This document shows positions 25,811-37,520 of a stretch of 64,000 bases of DNA, one piece after another. The notes under the pieces were generated by a model. The model had not been told where the DNA came from. It saw nothing but the letters and a program-made list of their open reading frames with translations, and did not search any database. The DNA is from Callorhinchus milii. Its lineage: Eukaryota. Location: positions 3,596,001-3,660,000 of the forward strand of contig NW_024704771.1 of NCBI RefSeq assembly GCF_018977255.1, read 5' to 3'. A program made the translations under genes and the position numbers. Numbering within the stretch: position 1 is the stretch's first letter; each line of letters begins with the position of its first letter.

Positions 25811-25906
25811 CAGCTGTCTTAAATATCTCAATCAACAGAACCAAGGAAATCGCAATGGTTAAAAGATCACTGAAGGGGACTGCAACATCCTTTAGGACAC
25901 GAAAGA
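25811..25906 (-). CDS. Gene B exon 7: TM4 (IFRVLKDVAVPFSDLLTIAISLVLLIEIFKTA)
   Basis: ttctctctgacag acceptor, GTAAGT donor, 96 nt, phase 1-1. Confidence 0.88.
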
Positions 25907-26243
25907 CTGTCAGAGAGAACAAAGGATAATCATAAACTTTGCATTTGATATTGCGCCTTATTATGTTGTTAATACGTCGCAAAGCGCTTCGCAGAATATA
26001 TAGTAAGTTGATCACTCAATCCATTGAGTGACCAATTTTGTTTCGAGGGATTGTTACCCCTAGTGATTCCCCCAATCAACTAACAACTAGTTTTCTACTT
26101 ACTACTTTTCTACGTACTGCCCTGGTTAACAGAGGCGTGTGGAGTAAGAAAACTCGCCGGGGAAATCAAACCGTGGTCCTCTCACTTGCGAGATCAGCAT
26201 GCTAACCGCCACGTGCTTCATCTGAACTGATCTGATTTAGTGT

Positions 26244-26575
26244 GGAGTCCTGTAGCTCAGTGGTTATAGAGCACTCGCTTTGCAAGTGAGAGGCCTGAGT
26301 TCAATTCCAGGCAGAGGGCGAAACCTTGGGCAAGTTTCCTTACTCCACACAGAGCCTAATAATAATCCCTCCAAAACCAAAAACAATAATAAATTGGTCA
26401 TTTTCAATCTACGACTGTTTGTGGGACAATGCTGTGCGCAATTGGCTGCCGCGTTCGCCCACAAATATACAGTCAATTTACTTTACAGTGTGTTCTGTGA
26501 AGCGCTTTGGGATGTCCTCCCGACGTGAAAAGCGCTATATCAAATGCAAGTATTATTATTATTATTATTATTATC
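26244..26575 (+). mobile_element. Young tRNA-derived SINE
   Basis: Full length, near-consensus. Confidence 0.9.
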
Positions 26576-27113
26576 TACTGACCATTCAGTGCAGTGGTTA
26601 GCACACTCGCCTCGCAAGCGAGGGGACCCGGGTTTGATTCCCAGCAGGCCGAAACCATAGGCAAGTTTCCTTAATCCACACGCCTCCGCTTACCTAGCAG
26701 TAAGTAGGAATGTCTCAAAACTCTTCATGGAATATAAACCGTAAAGTAAACTGACTGTATATTTTGTGGGCGAAAGGCAGCAGCTCACAGCAGCGCGTGG
26801 AATGAGTGACCAAAATTTTACATTTGCTTCCTTCCCTATAATGCCTTGCCCCCTCTTTCTCCTGTTTTGTAATCACACCTGAAGAAGTTCTCCTTCGACC
26901 TTCCCTACGGTCACCTCATTCCCCTTCTCCCCAGATCAACATCGTGCTCCACCATTGTTAAGTGCCCTGAAATGCTCCTGTGTGAAAGGCCTGTATAAAT
27001 GCAAATTGTTGTTGCTGTTTGGATACTCCTAAGCACGGCGATGGGTGTCCGCGCGGGTCAGACATCCGGCTGACCAAAAAAACAATCTTTTTTTAGACAA
27101 TGCCCAGACTTAC

Positions 27114-27239
27114 TGTTATTCTTGCGAATATTGGTGAAATGTTTCATGCAACACTTCGTTATCTCCAAAGTGGATATTGTCACAATAATTATTACGACAA
27201 TTATAATCACCAGAGGAACCAATATTATTGCAGAAGGAC
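27114..27239 (-). CDS. Gene B exon 6: TM3 + basic loop (GPSAIILVPLVIIIVVIIIVTISTLEITKCCMKHFTNIRKNN)
   Basis: tctgctccgcag acceptor, GTAAGT donor, 126 nt, phase 1-1. Confidence 0.9.
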
Positions 27240-27367
27240 CTGCGGAGCAGAACAGAAAGCACTGTCAATGTTCATAGTTCTTTATTTCAAGATCCTCTCA
27301 CTCGTCATCAAATCCCTTCCTATCCTGGCAGCTCCCTACCCTTCCGACCTGCTTACTTCCCAACCTA

Positions 27368-27697
27368 GTGGAGTCCTGTAGCTCAGTGGTTAGAGCACTC
27401 ACTTTGCAAGTGAGAGACCTGAGTTCAATTCCAGGCAGAGGGCCAAACCTCGGGCAAGTTTCCTTACTCCACACAGAGCCTAATAATAATCCCTCCAAAA
27501 CCCAAAACAATAATAAATTGGTCATTTTCAATCTACGACTGTTTGTGGGACATTGCTGTGCGCAATTGGCTGCCGCGTTCGCCACAAATATACAGTCAAT
27601 TCACTTTACAGTGTGTTCTGTGAAGCGCTTTGGGACGTCCTCCCGACGTGAAAAGCGCTATATCAAATGCAAGGATTATTATTATTATTATTATTAC
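27368..27697 (+). mobile_element. Young tRNA-derived SINE
   Basis: Full length, near-consensus. Confidence 0.9.
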
Positions 27698-28555
27698 TGC
27701 CCGCTGCCTCCGCTCGACTGGCTCTGGCCTCCTGCTTTTCCCATGTGCCCTCCGCTCCACCATCGGTGGCCGCAATTTCAGCCACCACACCCCAAAACTC
27801 TGAAACTCTTCCTCAATTCCCCCGCCTTGCCCTTTCCTTCCCCATCTTCAGATCGCAACTGAAGACCTTCCTCTTTAAGCGTGCTTACGGCCAACCCCCC
27901 ACCCCCCCGCCAACTCCTCCACCACCAGTCTCAGCATGGTGCTCTGCCACTGCCAAGTGCCTGGGGATGCCACCCTGTGTGAGGGGTGCTGCGCAAATGC
28001 AAGTTGTTGTTGCTGTTTAACAAATTTTAGGACAGTCAAAAATAGGTTTTATTTTCTATTTTATGAATACATCTTTCAAAAATAAAACGGACACACTCAA
28101 ATGTGGGATCCGGTAGCATAGTGGGTAGCACACTTGCCTCGCAAACAAGAGGACGCAGGTTCAATTCCTGGTCTGGGCAAAACCTCAAGCAAGTTTCCTT
28201 AACTTTACACACACAAGTGCCTCAGTTTACCTGTCGGTAACTAGGGACTCGGTTGCGTAAGTATTAAAGACTTTAATTGCACACTTGGAGAACTGGTTTC
28301 TTACTTCTTACTGGCAAATAAAGACTTAATCTCCACGGCTGTTTGTGGGCCACTGCTGTGCACAGTTGGCTACCACGTTTCACCGTCAAAGTAAACAGTC
28401 ATTTAAATTTCCAGTTGATTCTGTGGAGTACTTTAAGATATCTCAACGATGTGATGAGGCTAACACAAATGCAAGGATTATTATCTCTCTTTTTTTGCAT
28501 GTTTCATCGTATTCTGTAATTAGATTAGGGTTTGGGTCATTATAATGTTACTTAC

Positions 28556-28657
28556 CACTAACTTTCAGTTGGAAAATAAATGCACAGATTAAAGCGATCA
28601 ATGACGAGATGGCCAGAGTATGGTGTGTGAAGAAGATTTTGTTCTGGACTTTGATGT
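28556..28657 (-). CDS. Gene B exon 5: TM2 (DIKVQNKIFFTHHTLAISSLIALICAFIFQLKVS)
   Basis: gctttgctag acceptor, GTAAGT donor, 102 nt, phase 1-1. Confidence 0.88.
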
Positions 28658-28849
28658 CTAGCAAAGCAATTAAGAATTGTTAGGTTCATTTTAATTTCCT
28701 TGAAAATTCATTGTAGAACTGTAAAACAACACTCCAACAACACGACCCAAACCCAAACCCAAACCCGAAACCCTCGTCCACGCCTTCATCACCTCCCAGC
28801 TCGACAACTCCACTGCCCTCCTCACTGGTCTCCGCACTCCTTAGTCCGA

Positions 28850-29280
28850 CCCTATCAGCATTCCATTTTGGGTACCACACCTCAGGAAGGATATACTGGC
28901 CCTGGGGAGGGGGTTTGCAACGCACATTCACCAGAATAATACCAGGGCTTAACGGGTTAAATTGTGAGGACAGATTTTATAGACTTGGTCTGTATTCTCT
29001 TAAATTTAGAAGTTTGAGGGTTGATCTGAGTGAGGTTTTTAAAATGATAAGGAGATTTGCTCGGGTAGCGACAGAGAAACTATTTCCTCTGGTGGGTGGA
29101 GGGAATCCAGAACAAAGGGGCATCGTCTTAAAATGAGAGTGAGGCCATTTAGGAGTGATATCAGGAGACAGTTTTTCACACAAAGGGATAGTGGAAATTT
29201 GGAACTCTCTCCCCCAAAAAGGCTATGGGTTATGGCAGTGCCCATTCACATTTTCAAGACTGATGGGATAAAAGGATATC
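28850..29280 (+). mobile_element. CR1 LINE 3' fragment
   Basis: FW.PHLRKD..., RLGLYSL..R.LRVDL.EVFK, FF.QR motifs. Confidence 0.8.
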
Positions 29281-29668
29281 GGATCGACTTCAAGATCCTC
29301 ACAGTTGTGTTCAAAAGCCTTCACTCTGGCATCTCCCTCCCTCTCCGACCTCCTCACTCCCCAATCCACCACCCATTGGCTCCACTCGATTGGCACTGAC
29401 ATTCCTGTTTGTCCCTTCGCCCCACCATCAGATTCTACGCCCCGAAACTCTGGAACACTCTCCCTCCACCTTGAAAACCTTCCTCTTCAAACATGCTGAT
29501 GGCCAACCCCCCCTTACCCCCAACCTCCCTGCCCTACACCCCTCCTGATCTCAACCCGCAGCTCGGGTGCAGATCTCTGACTGACCAGCGCCTTGGGACA
29601 TCCTTCCGATGTGAAAGGCACCGTGTAAATGTCATTTGTTGTTGTTGTGGTGGTGCTTGTTTACTTAC

Positions 29669-29785
29669 CCAACTGTTCCTTATTTGATTGATTGCAAAGG
29701 AATGCAATTCCAGTAAAGGACATCAATGCACATAGAAATGCGATGGCTGAACCTGCAAGTATGACCTTATGGGAAATTGTCAGAC
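29669..29785 (-). CDS. Gene B exon 4: TM1 (GLTISHKVILAGSAIAFLCALMSFTGIAFLCNQSNKEQL)
   Basis: ctctctgtttaag acceptor, GTAAGT donor, 117 nt, phase 1-1. Confidence 0.88.
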
Positions 29786-31021
29786 CTTAAACAGAGAGTA
29801 ATACACATACAGTCATTTCATTTTGCATTTACATCCTACAATATGATACGTTTGCAATCTAAAATTTTATATTTATACATTGAGTATTTTATTTTAAGTT
29901 AACACTTACATTTTCCTGATCATGTCGTCAATAAAAATCCAAGCACTTCTCAGGATATATATATATAATAATAGGCCTTGCATTTGATTTGTCATGTTCT
30001 TGAGATGTCTGAAAGGTTTGACAGGATATACTGTACAACAACAAATTACATTTGTATAGCATCAATTGGCATCGTTTACGTTGGGAGGATATCCGAAGGT
30101 GCTGAACAATCAGTTTTCAGACCCGAGCTGGGGATCAGAATTAGGGAGGGTGAAGGGCAGGGGGGAAAGAGGGTGATCGAAGGCACGGTCGAAGAGGAGG
30201 GTCTTGAGATGAGCCTTAGCAGAGGTAAGGGAGGGGGCGAGGCGGAGGGACTGTGGGATGAGGTTCTAGAGGGTGAGGATAGAGTGGCTGATGACCCACC
30301 CACCAATGGTGGACCGAGCGAGGTGGGAGGTGTGAAGCAGGCCAGAGCCCGTTCAGCGGAAGAAGCGGGCACGTTCGTAGGGCATTAGCAGGTCGCAGAG
30401 GTAGGGGGGAGCAAGACCATGGAGGGTTTTGTAGGTGAGGACCAGGATCTTTGAACTTGTGATGTGGAGTCGGGTGAGATTGGGAGTGATAGGGTCACAA
30501 CACATACACATACAGACACACACTCACACACCTCACACTCATACATATGGTGGAAGCAGAAAGTGTTGATTCTTTCAAGAACAAATAAATATTATTTCTG
30601 TTAGGAAATAATATCTTGGGGATACAGTATATAGTTTGGGATACAACATGTAATGCGACTGCCAGGATGGTGGAAGGCAAACTGGATGGACCTTGGTCTT
30701 CTTTCGTATAGCAAATTCTTACGTCCATATGTACAGTTTGCCCCTGTTTACTTAGCAGTAAGTAGGAAACCCGGTTGTTAGTCGATTGGTGGATCACTTT
30801 TCCGGGGATAATAATCCCTTCATAATAATACTTCAATCCATGACTGTTTGTGGGACACTGCTGTGTACCTTATTTCGCCCACAAAATATACACATCACTT
30901 TACAGTATGTTCTGAGAAGCGCTTTGAGACGTCTCGAAGATTTGATAAGCACTATATCACATGCAAAGATTATTATTAATACTGGGATACGCCAACACAT
31001 CAGACTGGCAGCAGGACTCAC

Positions 31022-31291
31022 CGTAAATGACGAGATGGTATGAGTGGTTTGTCTGTCCCAGTGAGTTTCCCATGACGCAAGTATAAATCCCACAATCCCA
31101 CTTTTCGGCCTCAGCAATCACCAGCGATCTGTTGTCGTCCATCAGCCGAAGGCGGTCGTCACCAAAAAGCTTCTGCTCTTCTTTCATCCAATAAATATCT
31201 GTCGCTTCTCCCATCAGCACCTTACAGCTCAGCTCAACAGTGGTTCCCACGTAACTCGAGTTAACAACAATGAATGGATTTGACAAAGGAA
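31022..31291 (-). CDS. Gene B exon 3: Ig C2-type domain (HEPACAM/CEACAM-like)
   Basis: VPLSNPFI..VELSC..IYWMKE..DNRSLVI..DCGIYTC..YHLVIY; 270 nt, phase 1-1, GTGAGT donor. Confidence 0.92.
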
Positions 31292-31679
31292 CTGCAGTGG
31301 TGGGTTTGGATAAGGTTGGGTTGGTGAGCAAGAGATGGGAGATTAGGGGAGATAAGAACAGGAACAAATTACTTGTGCGTCAACAACAATAATTTACATT
31401 CGCAAAGCGCCCCTCTCACGGGGCAGCATCTCAGAGTACTTGACAAGGGGGAAGTGACCGTAATCCGGGTCGAAAAGGAAGGTCTTTAGTCGTGATATAA
31501 AAGAAGGGAAGGAGAGGGCAAGGTGGAGGGATTGAGGGAGAGTAGTGGCTGAAATTGCAGCCACCGGTGGTGGAGCAGAAGAGACGAGGGTCAAGCAGGA
31601 GGCCTGAGCCAGTCGAGCGGAAGCAACTGTAGTGGAGTGGGGAGAAAGCAGGTCAGAAGGTAGAGAGAAATGCAAAATC

Positions 31680-32135
31680 CTTGCATTTGATACCACGCCT
31701 TATTACGTCGTCGAGACGTCTCAAAGCGCTTCACGGAATATACTGTAAAGTAGATTGACTCCGTACTTTGTGGGTGAAACCCAGCAGCCAATTGCACACA
31801 GCAGTGTTCTACAAACAGCCATGGAGTGAGTGACCAAATATATTCGGAGTGGGGGGGCATTGTTGGCCAGGAAATCGGGAGAGAGAAAGAGAGGGAGCAA
31901 CTCCCTTGTCTTTTCGAATAGCGCCACAGGAGCTCTTCAACAACCTGAACAGGCAGACGGGAGCTTGGCTTAGCATTTCATCCAAAGGACAGCCCCCTCC
32001 GACAATGCATCACCCCCCCACCCCACCCAGCAGCATTGGAGCGCCAGCTTAGACGCTGAGATTCTAAGTCCTGACATGGGGGCTTGGACCCACAACCTTC
32101 TGACTCAGAGGCCAGAGCGCTACCACTGAGCCAGG
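31680..32135 (-). mobile_element. Older full-length Deu-type (SacSINE1-like) SINE
   Basis: Head TGGCTCAGTGGTAGCGCTCTGGCCTCTGAGTCAGAAGGTTGTGGGT, central Deu-like domain, L2-type tail. Confidence 0.75.
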
Positions 32136-32150
32136 CAGACAAATACTCAC

Positions 32151-32489
32151 CAAAAACTTCCAGGTGTATAATCTTTTCCATGCTGTTTTCCAGATTAACT
32201 TTGATTTGGTACTTCCCACTATCACTGATTTGCAAATGTTTCAGCAGTATCGACCCATTGGACTCGTTAAAGTCAACCCGATTTTTATACAGCTCAGTTT
32301 TGGTGAGGGTCTTACTCTTGATGTAGTAATCTAAAATGGGCAAAGAGATGTCCGCTTTGCTGAAATGCCACTGAATGATGTTTTTATCTATCAGATCCTC
32401 CTCGGTGAAACCCAGCAGCAAAACAGAGGAATTGAACGCATAAACCAGTCTCATCTCTCTCCCCTCGGCCGCTGTGATTAGGGCTCCAT
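32151..32489 (-). CDS. Gene B exon 2: Ig V-type domain without cysteines
   Basis: DGALITAAEG..IIQWHF..YKNRVDF..NGSILLKHLQISDSGKYQIKV..IHLEVF; 339 nt, phase 1-1. Confidence 0.92.
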
Positions 32490-32745
32490 CTGAAAGAAAG
32501 AAATTACATTTGAATAGTTAGTGACTTTCCCATCAGGAGGATGTCCCTAGGTCCTGGACAGTCAAGGATTTGGACTCGAGCTGGGTGTTGGGATTAGGAG
32601 GGGTGGAGGGCAGGGAAGGTGGGGGGAGGAGGATGGCCGAAGGTGTGGTCGAAAAGGAAGAGATGGACCTTGAAGAAGACAAGGGAGCGAACGAGGTGAA
32701 GTGGCTCCGGGATGGAGTTCCAAAGGGTGAGGGCAGACACTACAT

Positions 32746-32853
32746 AAGAACATAAGAAATAGGAGCAGGAGTAGGCCATTCAGCCCCTCGAGTCTGCCCC
32801 GCCATTTAATACGATCATGGCTGATCTTCTAACCTAACTCCATTTACTCGCCC
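32746..32853 (-). mobile_element. CR1 3' terminus (TTCTTATG tail)
   Basis: aagaacataagaaataggagcaggagtaggccattcagcccctcgag on + strand. Confidence 0.85.
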
Positions 32854-33703
32854 TAAACCCAACAATAGATTTCCAGATATTGATCATACTCAGACCTCAT
32901 TTCTGGGTACGAGAATTGATTACAGGTACAACAAAGGTTTCCACTTGGCTGAAGGAAAGTCCCCATTTATCATTTGCCACGATGATTCATCATGGACAGC
33001 GATTGAGACCGTTAGTGAAGCAAAAAGCTGTGGTGCACCGCCAGATCTTGAGAATGGATATTATAAAACAACATCTGTTGTTTTTGGAGGCATAGTTACA
33101 TATTATTGTAATGAAGGATACAGTTTGGTTGGTGAAGATACCCAAACTTGTGTAGCAGGCGGTTGGGATGGCAGAACCCCAGTCTGTGATCCTGCGACGT
33201 GTGATGATCTTTCACCAATTGAAAATGGACAAACTCCACCACCACCTCAAGCTAACTGGGAATATGAAAATGCAGCAACGTTTACATGTAATCCTACATA
33301 TACATTGATTGGTGAAAAAACAATTTATTGCCGGGCGAATGGTACATGGAGTGATATTCCTCCAAAATGCAAAGTTGTTCAATGTGTTCGTCCCGATCCT
33401 CCAATCAAAAATGGAAGAATAATAGCAGGATTTGGACCCACGTACGAGTATCGTCAGACGATTATCTACAAATGCGATGAAGGTTTTGAAATGGTTGGCA
33501 AAGATACCATTGAATGTCGAGAAAATAGTACATTTCCGCCAGCACCTCTATGCATTCCAGAAGCAAGAAGTACTCCTCCTGTGACCGTTCCTGGCGGAGC
33601 TGAGGCGAAAACGAGTCCTCATCCAACAAGTGAAAGCACATCACACATCGACCGATCCGTTATTTATGGTCACAACCTGCTCCTCGTACTATTGCTTCTA
33701 CTG
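32850..33703 (+). pseudogene. Intronless (processed) copy of a CD55/CD46-like regulator of complement activation: 4 CCP domains, S/T/P-rich linker, hydrophobic C-terminus
   Basis: Four contiguous CCP modules with no introns; CCP2-4 keep all 12 Cys; no ATG or signal peptide; interrupted at the 3' end by the SINE at 33705. Confidence 0.85.
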
Positions 33704-33704
33704 C

Positions 33705-34039
33705 GGAGTCCTGTAGCTCAGCGGTTAGAGCACTCGCTTTGCAAGTGAGAGACCTGAGTTCAATTCCAGGCAGAGGGCCAAACCTCGGGCAAGTTTCCTT
33801 ACTCCACACAGAGCCTAATAATAATCCCTCCAAAACCAAAAACAATAATAAATTGGTCATTTTCAATCTGCGACTGTTTGTGGGACATTGCTGTGCGCAA
33901 TTGGCTGCCGCGTTCGCCCTCAAATATACAGTCAATTCACTTTACAGTATATTCTGTGAAGCGCTTTGGGACGTCCTCCCGACGTGAAAAGCGCTATATC
34001 AAATGCAAGGATTATTATTATTATTATTATTATTATTAC
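33705..34039 (+). mobile_element. Young tRNA-derived SINE inserted at the end of the retrocopy CDS
   Basis: Full length, near-consensus, long (TAT)n tail. Confidence 0.92.
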
Positions 34040-35335
34040 TAGAAAGAATACTATGATAGAGCGTCTATCTGAAACATTTTCCAACTCTATTTTAAATTAT
34101 TGCAATGCGAGTATGCACTTTTCACCATTGTGATTGTGTCAGCTCGATTACTGCCCTAATGCGATGTTAAAAACAAATGGCGTTGTTTGAAAAGAGATTG
34201 GGGTGTGTGGCGGTTGACCCTGTGCTCCAGCTAACAAACCTTAAGATAAAGCTGGACATTCACTTGACTGTCTATGGAACAATGATGTGTTCAGATTAGC
34301 TGCTGCATATTCCCCAAAATAGTCACTACACTTTGCCAAAACTTTGTGGAGCACTTTTGAGAGATTTAGTGTTATAAGCGATGTATTCTATTAAATGAAG
34401 GATTATCAACAATGTTCAGGTATCATGTGAATGTTAAAGAAAACCTACTTATTTATTGCAATTCCAACAGCAACTTTATTTTGTCTTTTTGTAATTCCCG
34501 CAACTGAATTTGATCATTTTTAACAACTGGAAAAGTTAGTGAGATTCCACTAAATTCTAACGAGTACTAAATGCACTCCTACGCATCTGAGTAAACCTCT
34601 CGCCGATTTGCAGTTTATAATGTTGTTTAATTTTCAGAATGCCGTGGAACTTGGGCAAGTTTCCTTACTCCACACAGAGCCTAATAATAATCCCTCCAAA
34701 ACAAAAAACAATAATAAATTGGTCATTTTCAATCTACTACTGTTTGTGGGACATTGCTGTGCGCCATCGGCTGCCGCTTTCGCCCACAAATATACAGTCA
34801 ATTCACTTTACAGTGTGTTCTGTGAAGCGCTTTGGGACGTCCTCCCGACGTGAAAAGCGCTATATCAAATGCAAGGATTATTATTATTATTAACAGTCCA
34901 TTTATTGTTTGGCTACAGTTGAGTGCGCTGCACCGAGCAGTGTTATTCTTGACTGATTTCTATTCAATCGTGTAAAAACTATTTTGTCTATTCATATGGG
35001 AATTTGATTCATGTTGAGATCCTATGCAGTGATGTTGCGAGGAGGCGGGGGCGGGGGGGCGGGGGGGGGCTCAGCAGGAGGGAATCTTATTTTTCTTTAT
35101 TGCGTAATTAATTTAATGAGAGTGAAAATCGTTTAATTTTAATGTAACTTCAACCAAAGAGCACATTTATAATGGTTTGTTTTGTGGGAGGTCTGACTAC
35201 AACTCTAGTCTTTCAACCAAAATCATTGCCAGATTGTTAATATTACACAATCATGGACCCTGTACATTTAATATTTCAATAAGGTCTTAACTTTAAATAG
35301 GCTTCCTTAAAAATAAGTATCCACTGAATAAATTA
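34040..35335 (+). other. Probable 3' UTR carried by the retrocopy
   Basis: AT-rich, largely non-repetitive sequence with ATTTA motifs; AATAAA 35327-35332; SINE fragment at ~34645-34890. Confidence 0.45.
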
Positions 35336-35353
35336 CTGGAGTCCTGTCGCTCG

Positions 35354-36460
35354 TGGAGCCCTGTAGCTCAGTGGTTAGACCACTCGCTTTGCAAGTGAGA
35401 GACCTGAGTTCAATTCCAGGCAGAGGGCCAAACCTTGGGCAAGTTTCCTTACTCCACACAGAGCCTAATAATAATCCCTCCAAAACCAAAAACAATAATA
35501 AATTGGTCATTTTCAATCTACGACTGTCTGTGGGACATTGCTGTGCGCCATCGGCTGCCGCGTTCGCCCACAAATATACAGTCAATTCACTTTACAGTGT
35601 GTTCTGTGAAGCGCTTTGGGACGTCCTCCGACGTGAAAAGCGCCATATCAAATGCAAGGATTATTATTATTTTATTATTATTATCACCATATCCCGTAAT
35701 CCCTTTAGTTTTAAAAAATCTATCGATCTCAGTCTTGAATATGTTCAATGACTGAACATTCACAGCCTTCTGGGGTAGAGAATTCCATAACTTCACTACC
35801 CTCTGAGTGAAGAAATTTTTTCTCAACTTAGTTCTAGTTTTGGTCTGCCAATACCTCTCCCCAAAAGCCGCTGAAACCCTGGTCCGTGCCTTTGTCACCT
35901 CTCGGCTGGACTACTCTAACGCCCTCCGCGCCGGTCTCCCATCCACTACCCCATCCATAAAATCCAACTCATTCAAAACTCTGCCGCCCACATTCTCACC
36001 CGCACCAAACTCCGCTCCCCGATCCCCCGAGGCCTTGCCAGACTGCACTGGCTGCCTATCCAAGAGAGGATCGATTTCAAGATCCTCACCCTCGTATTCA
36101 AGTCCCTGCACTCCTCTGCACCCCCCGACCTCTCTGACCTCCTCTCTTCTCAAAACAGCATCCGTTGCCTTCGTTCCTCTCCGTCTGGCCTCCTCTTTGA
36201 CCCCCGAGTCCTCCGCTACACCCTCGGTGGCCGTGCCTTCAGCCACTATGCCCCGAGCCTCTGGAACTGCCTTCCTCACTCCCTTCGTCTCGCTCCCTCC
36301 CTTCCCATTTTCAGGTCTCTGCTTTTCGACCGTGCCTTTGGTCACCTTCTCCCCCTCCCCCTGACTCGGTCCCAGGATACGAAACTGTAAAGCGCTCTGA
36401 GACGCCGGCCGGCCGGTGGAGGGCGGTATATAAATCCAAGTTGTTGCGTTGTTGTTGTAA
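35354..36460 (+). mobile_element. SINE (+) / CR1 fragment (-) / L2 3' fragment (+) cluster
   Basis: SINE 35354-35682; CR1 35687-35848; L2 YLSPKAAETLVRAFVTSRLDYSN...(TTG)n to ~36460. Confidence 0.88.
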
Positions 36461-36469
36461 AAGGCTGAC

Positions 36470-37520
36470 CTTTAATCCTGAGACTATGACTCTTAGTTTT
36501 AGGTTCTCCAACCAGGAGAAACAGTCTCACATTGTCTACTCCGTCAAGACCCTTAAGAATCTTACAGGTTTCCATAAGATCACCTCTAATTCTTCTACAT
36601 TCTAGAGAATATAGGCCCAGTCTATTCAACCTCTCCTCATAAGGTCAACCCCGTCATCCCAGGAACCAACCTTGTGAACCTATGTTACACGGTGAGTATA
36701 TCCTTTCTTAGATCAGTTTTTAGTCCTATCAATTTCTCTACTACTATTTCTTTACTGATATTAATTTCTTTAAGTTCTTCTCTAACGTCAGTCTTTTGGT
36801 TCCCCACTCTTTTTGGTAAGTTTCTAGTATCTTCTAACGTGAAGACAGAAGTAAAATATTTGTTTAATGACTCAACAACAACAAAAACAACAACAACAAC
36901 AACAACAAAATTACATGTGAACAGCGACTTTCACGTCGGGAGGACGTCCCGAGGCGCTGGACAGACAGAGTTACGGACCCCTCTGGGGGTCAGGGTGGGG
37001 GAGGCTGGAGGGCAGGGGGAGAAGCAGGGAGGTCCCAGAGCTAGGGGGGGAGCAAGACCGTGGAGGGCTTTGAAGGTGGGGACCAGGATCTTGAACTGTA
37101 TCCACTGTGTGATGGGAAGCCGGTGGAGTCGGGCGAGGATGGGGGTGATAGGGTCGCAGAGCCTAGTGCGGGAGAGGACATGCGCTGCTGAGTTTTTTTT
37201 TGTGGAGTTTCTTTATTCCCGATTATAATTTCTCCGGTCTCTGTCTGTAAGGGACCCACATTCACTTTTGTTAATCTCTTCCTCTTTATATACTTGTAAA
37301 AGCTCTTACAATCTGTCTTTATATCTCTGGCTATTTTCTCTCATATTCCATTTTCTCCCTCTTAATCAGTTTCTTCGCTGATCTCTAAAGCCCTCCCAAC
37401 CCTCAGGTTTAGAGATCGTTTTGGCAATATTATAAACCTCTTCTTTTAATTTTATACTTTCCTTAACTTCTCCGGTTAGCCATGGTTGAACCATTTTTCC
37501 CGTGGAATTTGAATTTCTCA
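36470..37520 (-). mobile_element. CR1 fragments with a nested L2 3' end (~36870-37200)
   Basis: CR1 peptide NVGPLQTETGEIIIGNKE / ESLNKYFTSVF split by the L2 insertion. Confidence 0.75.

Noticed and set aside
26280-26601. Recurrent ORFs such as MQVRDLSSIPGRG... and MWDIAVRNWLPRSP...
   Set aside because: SINE translations repeated across the window
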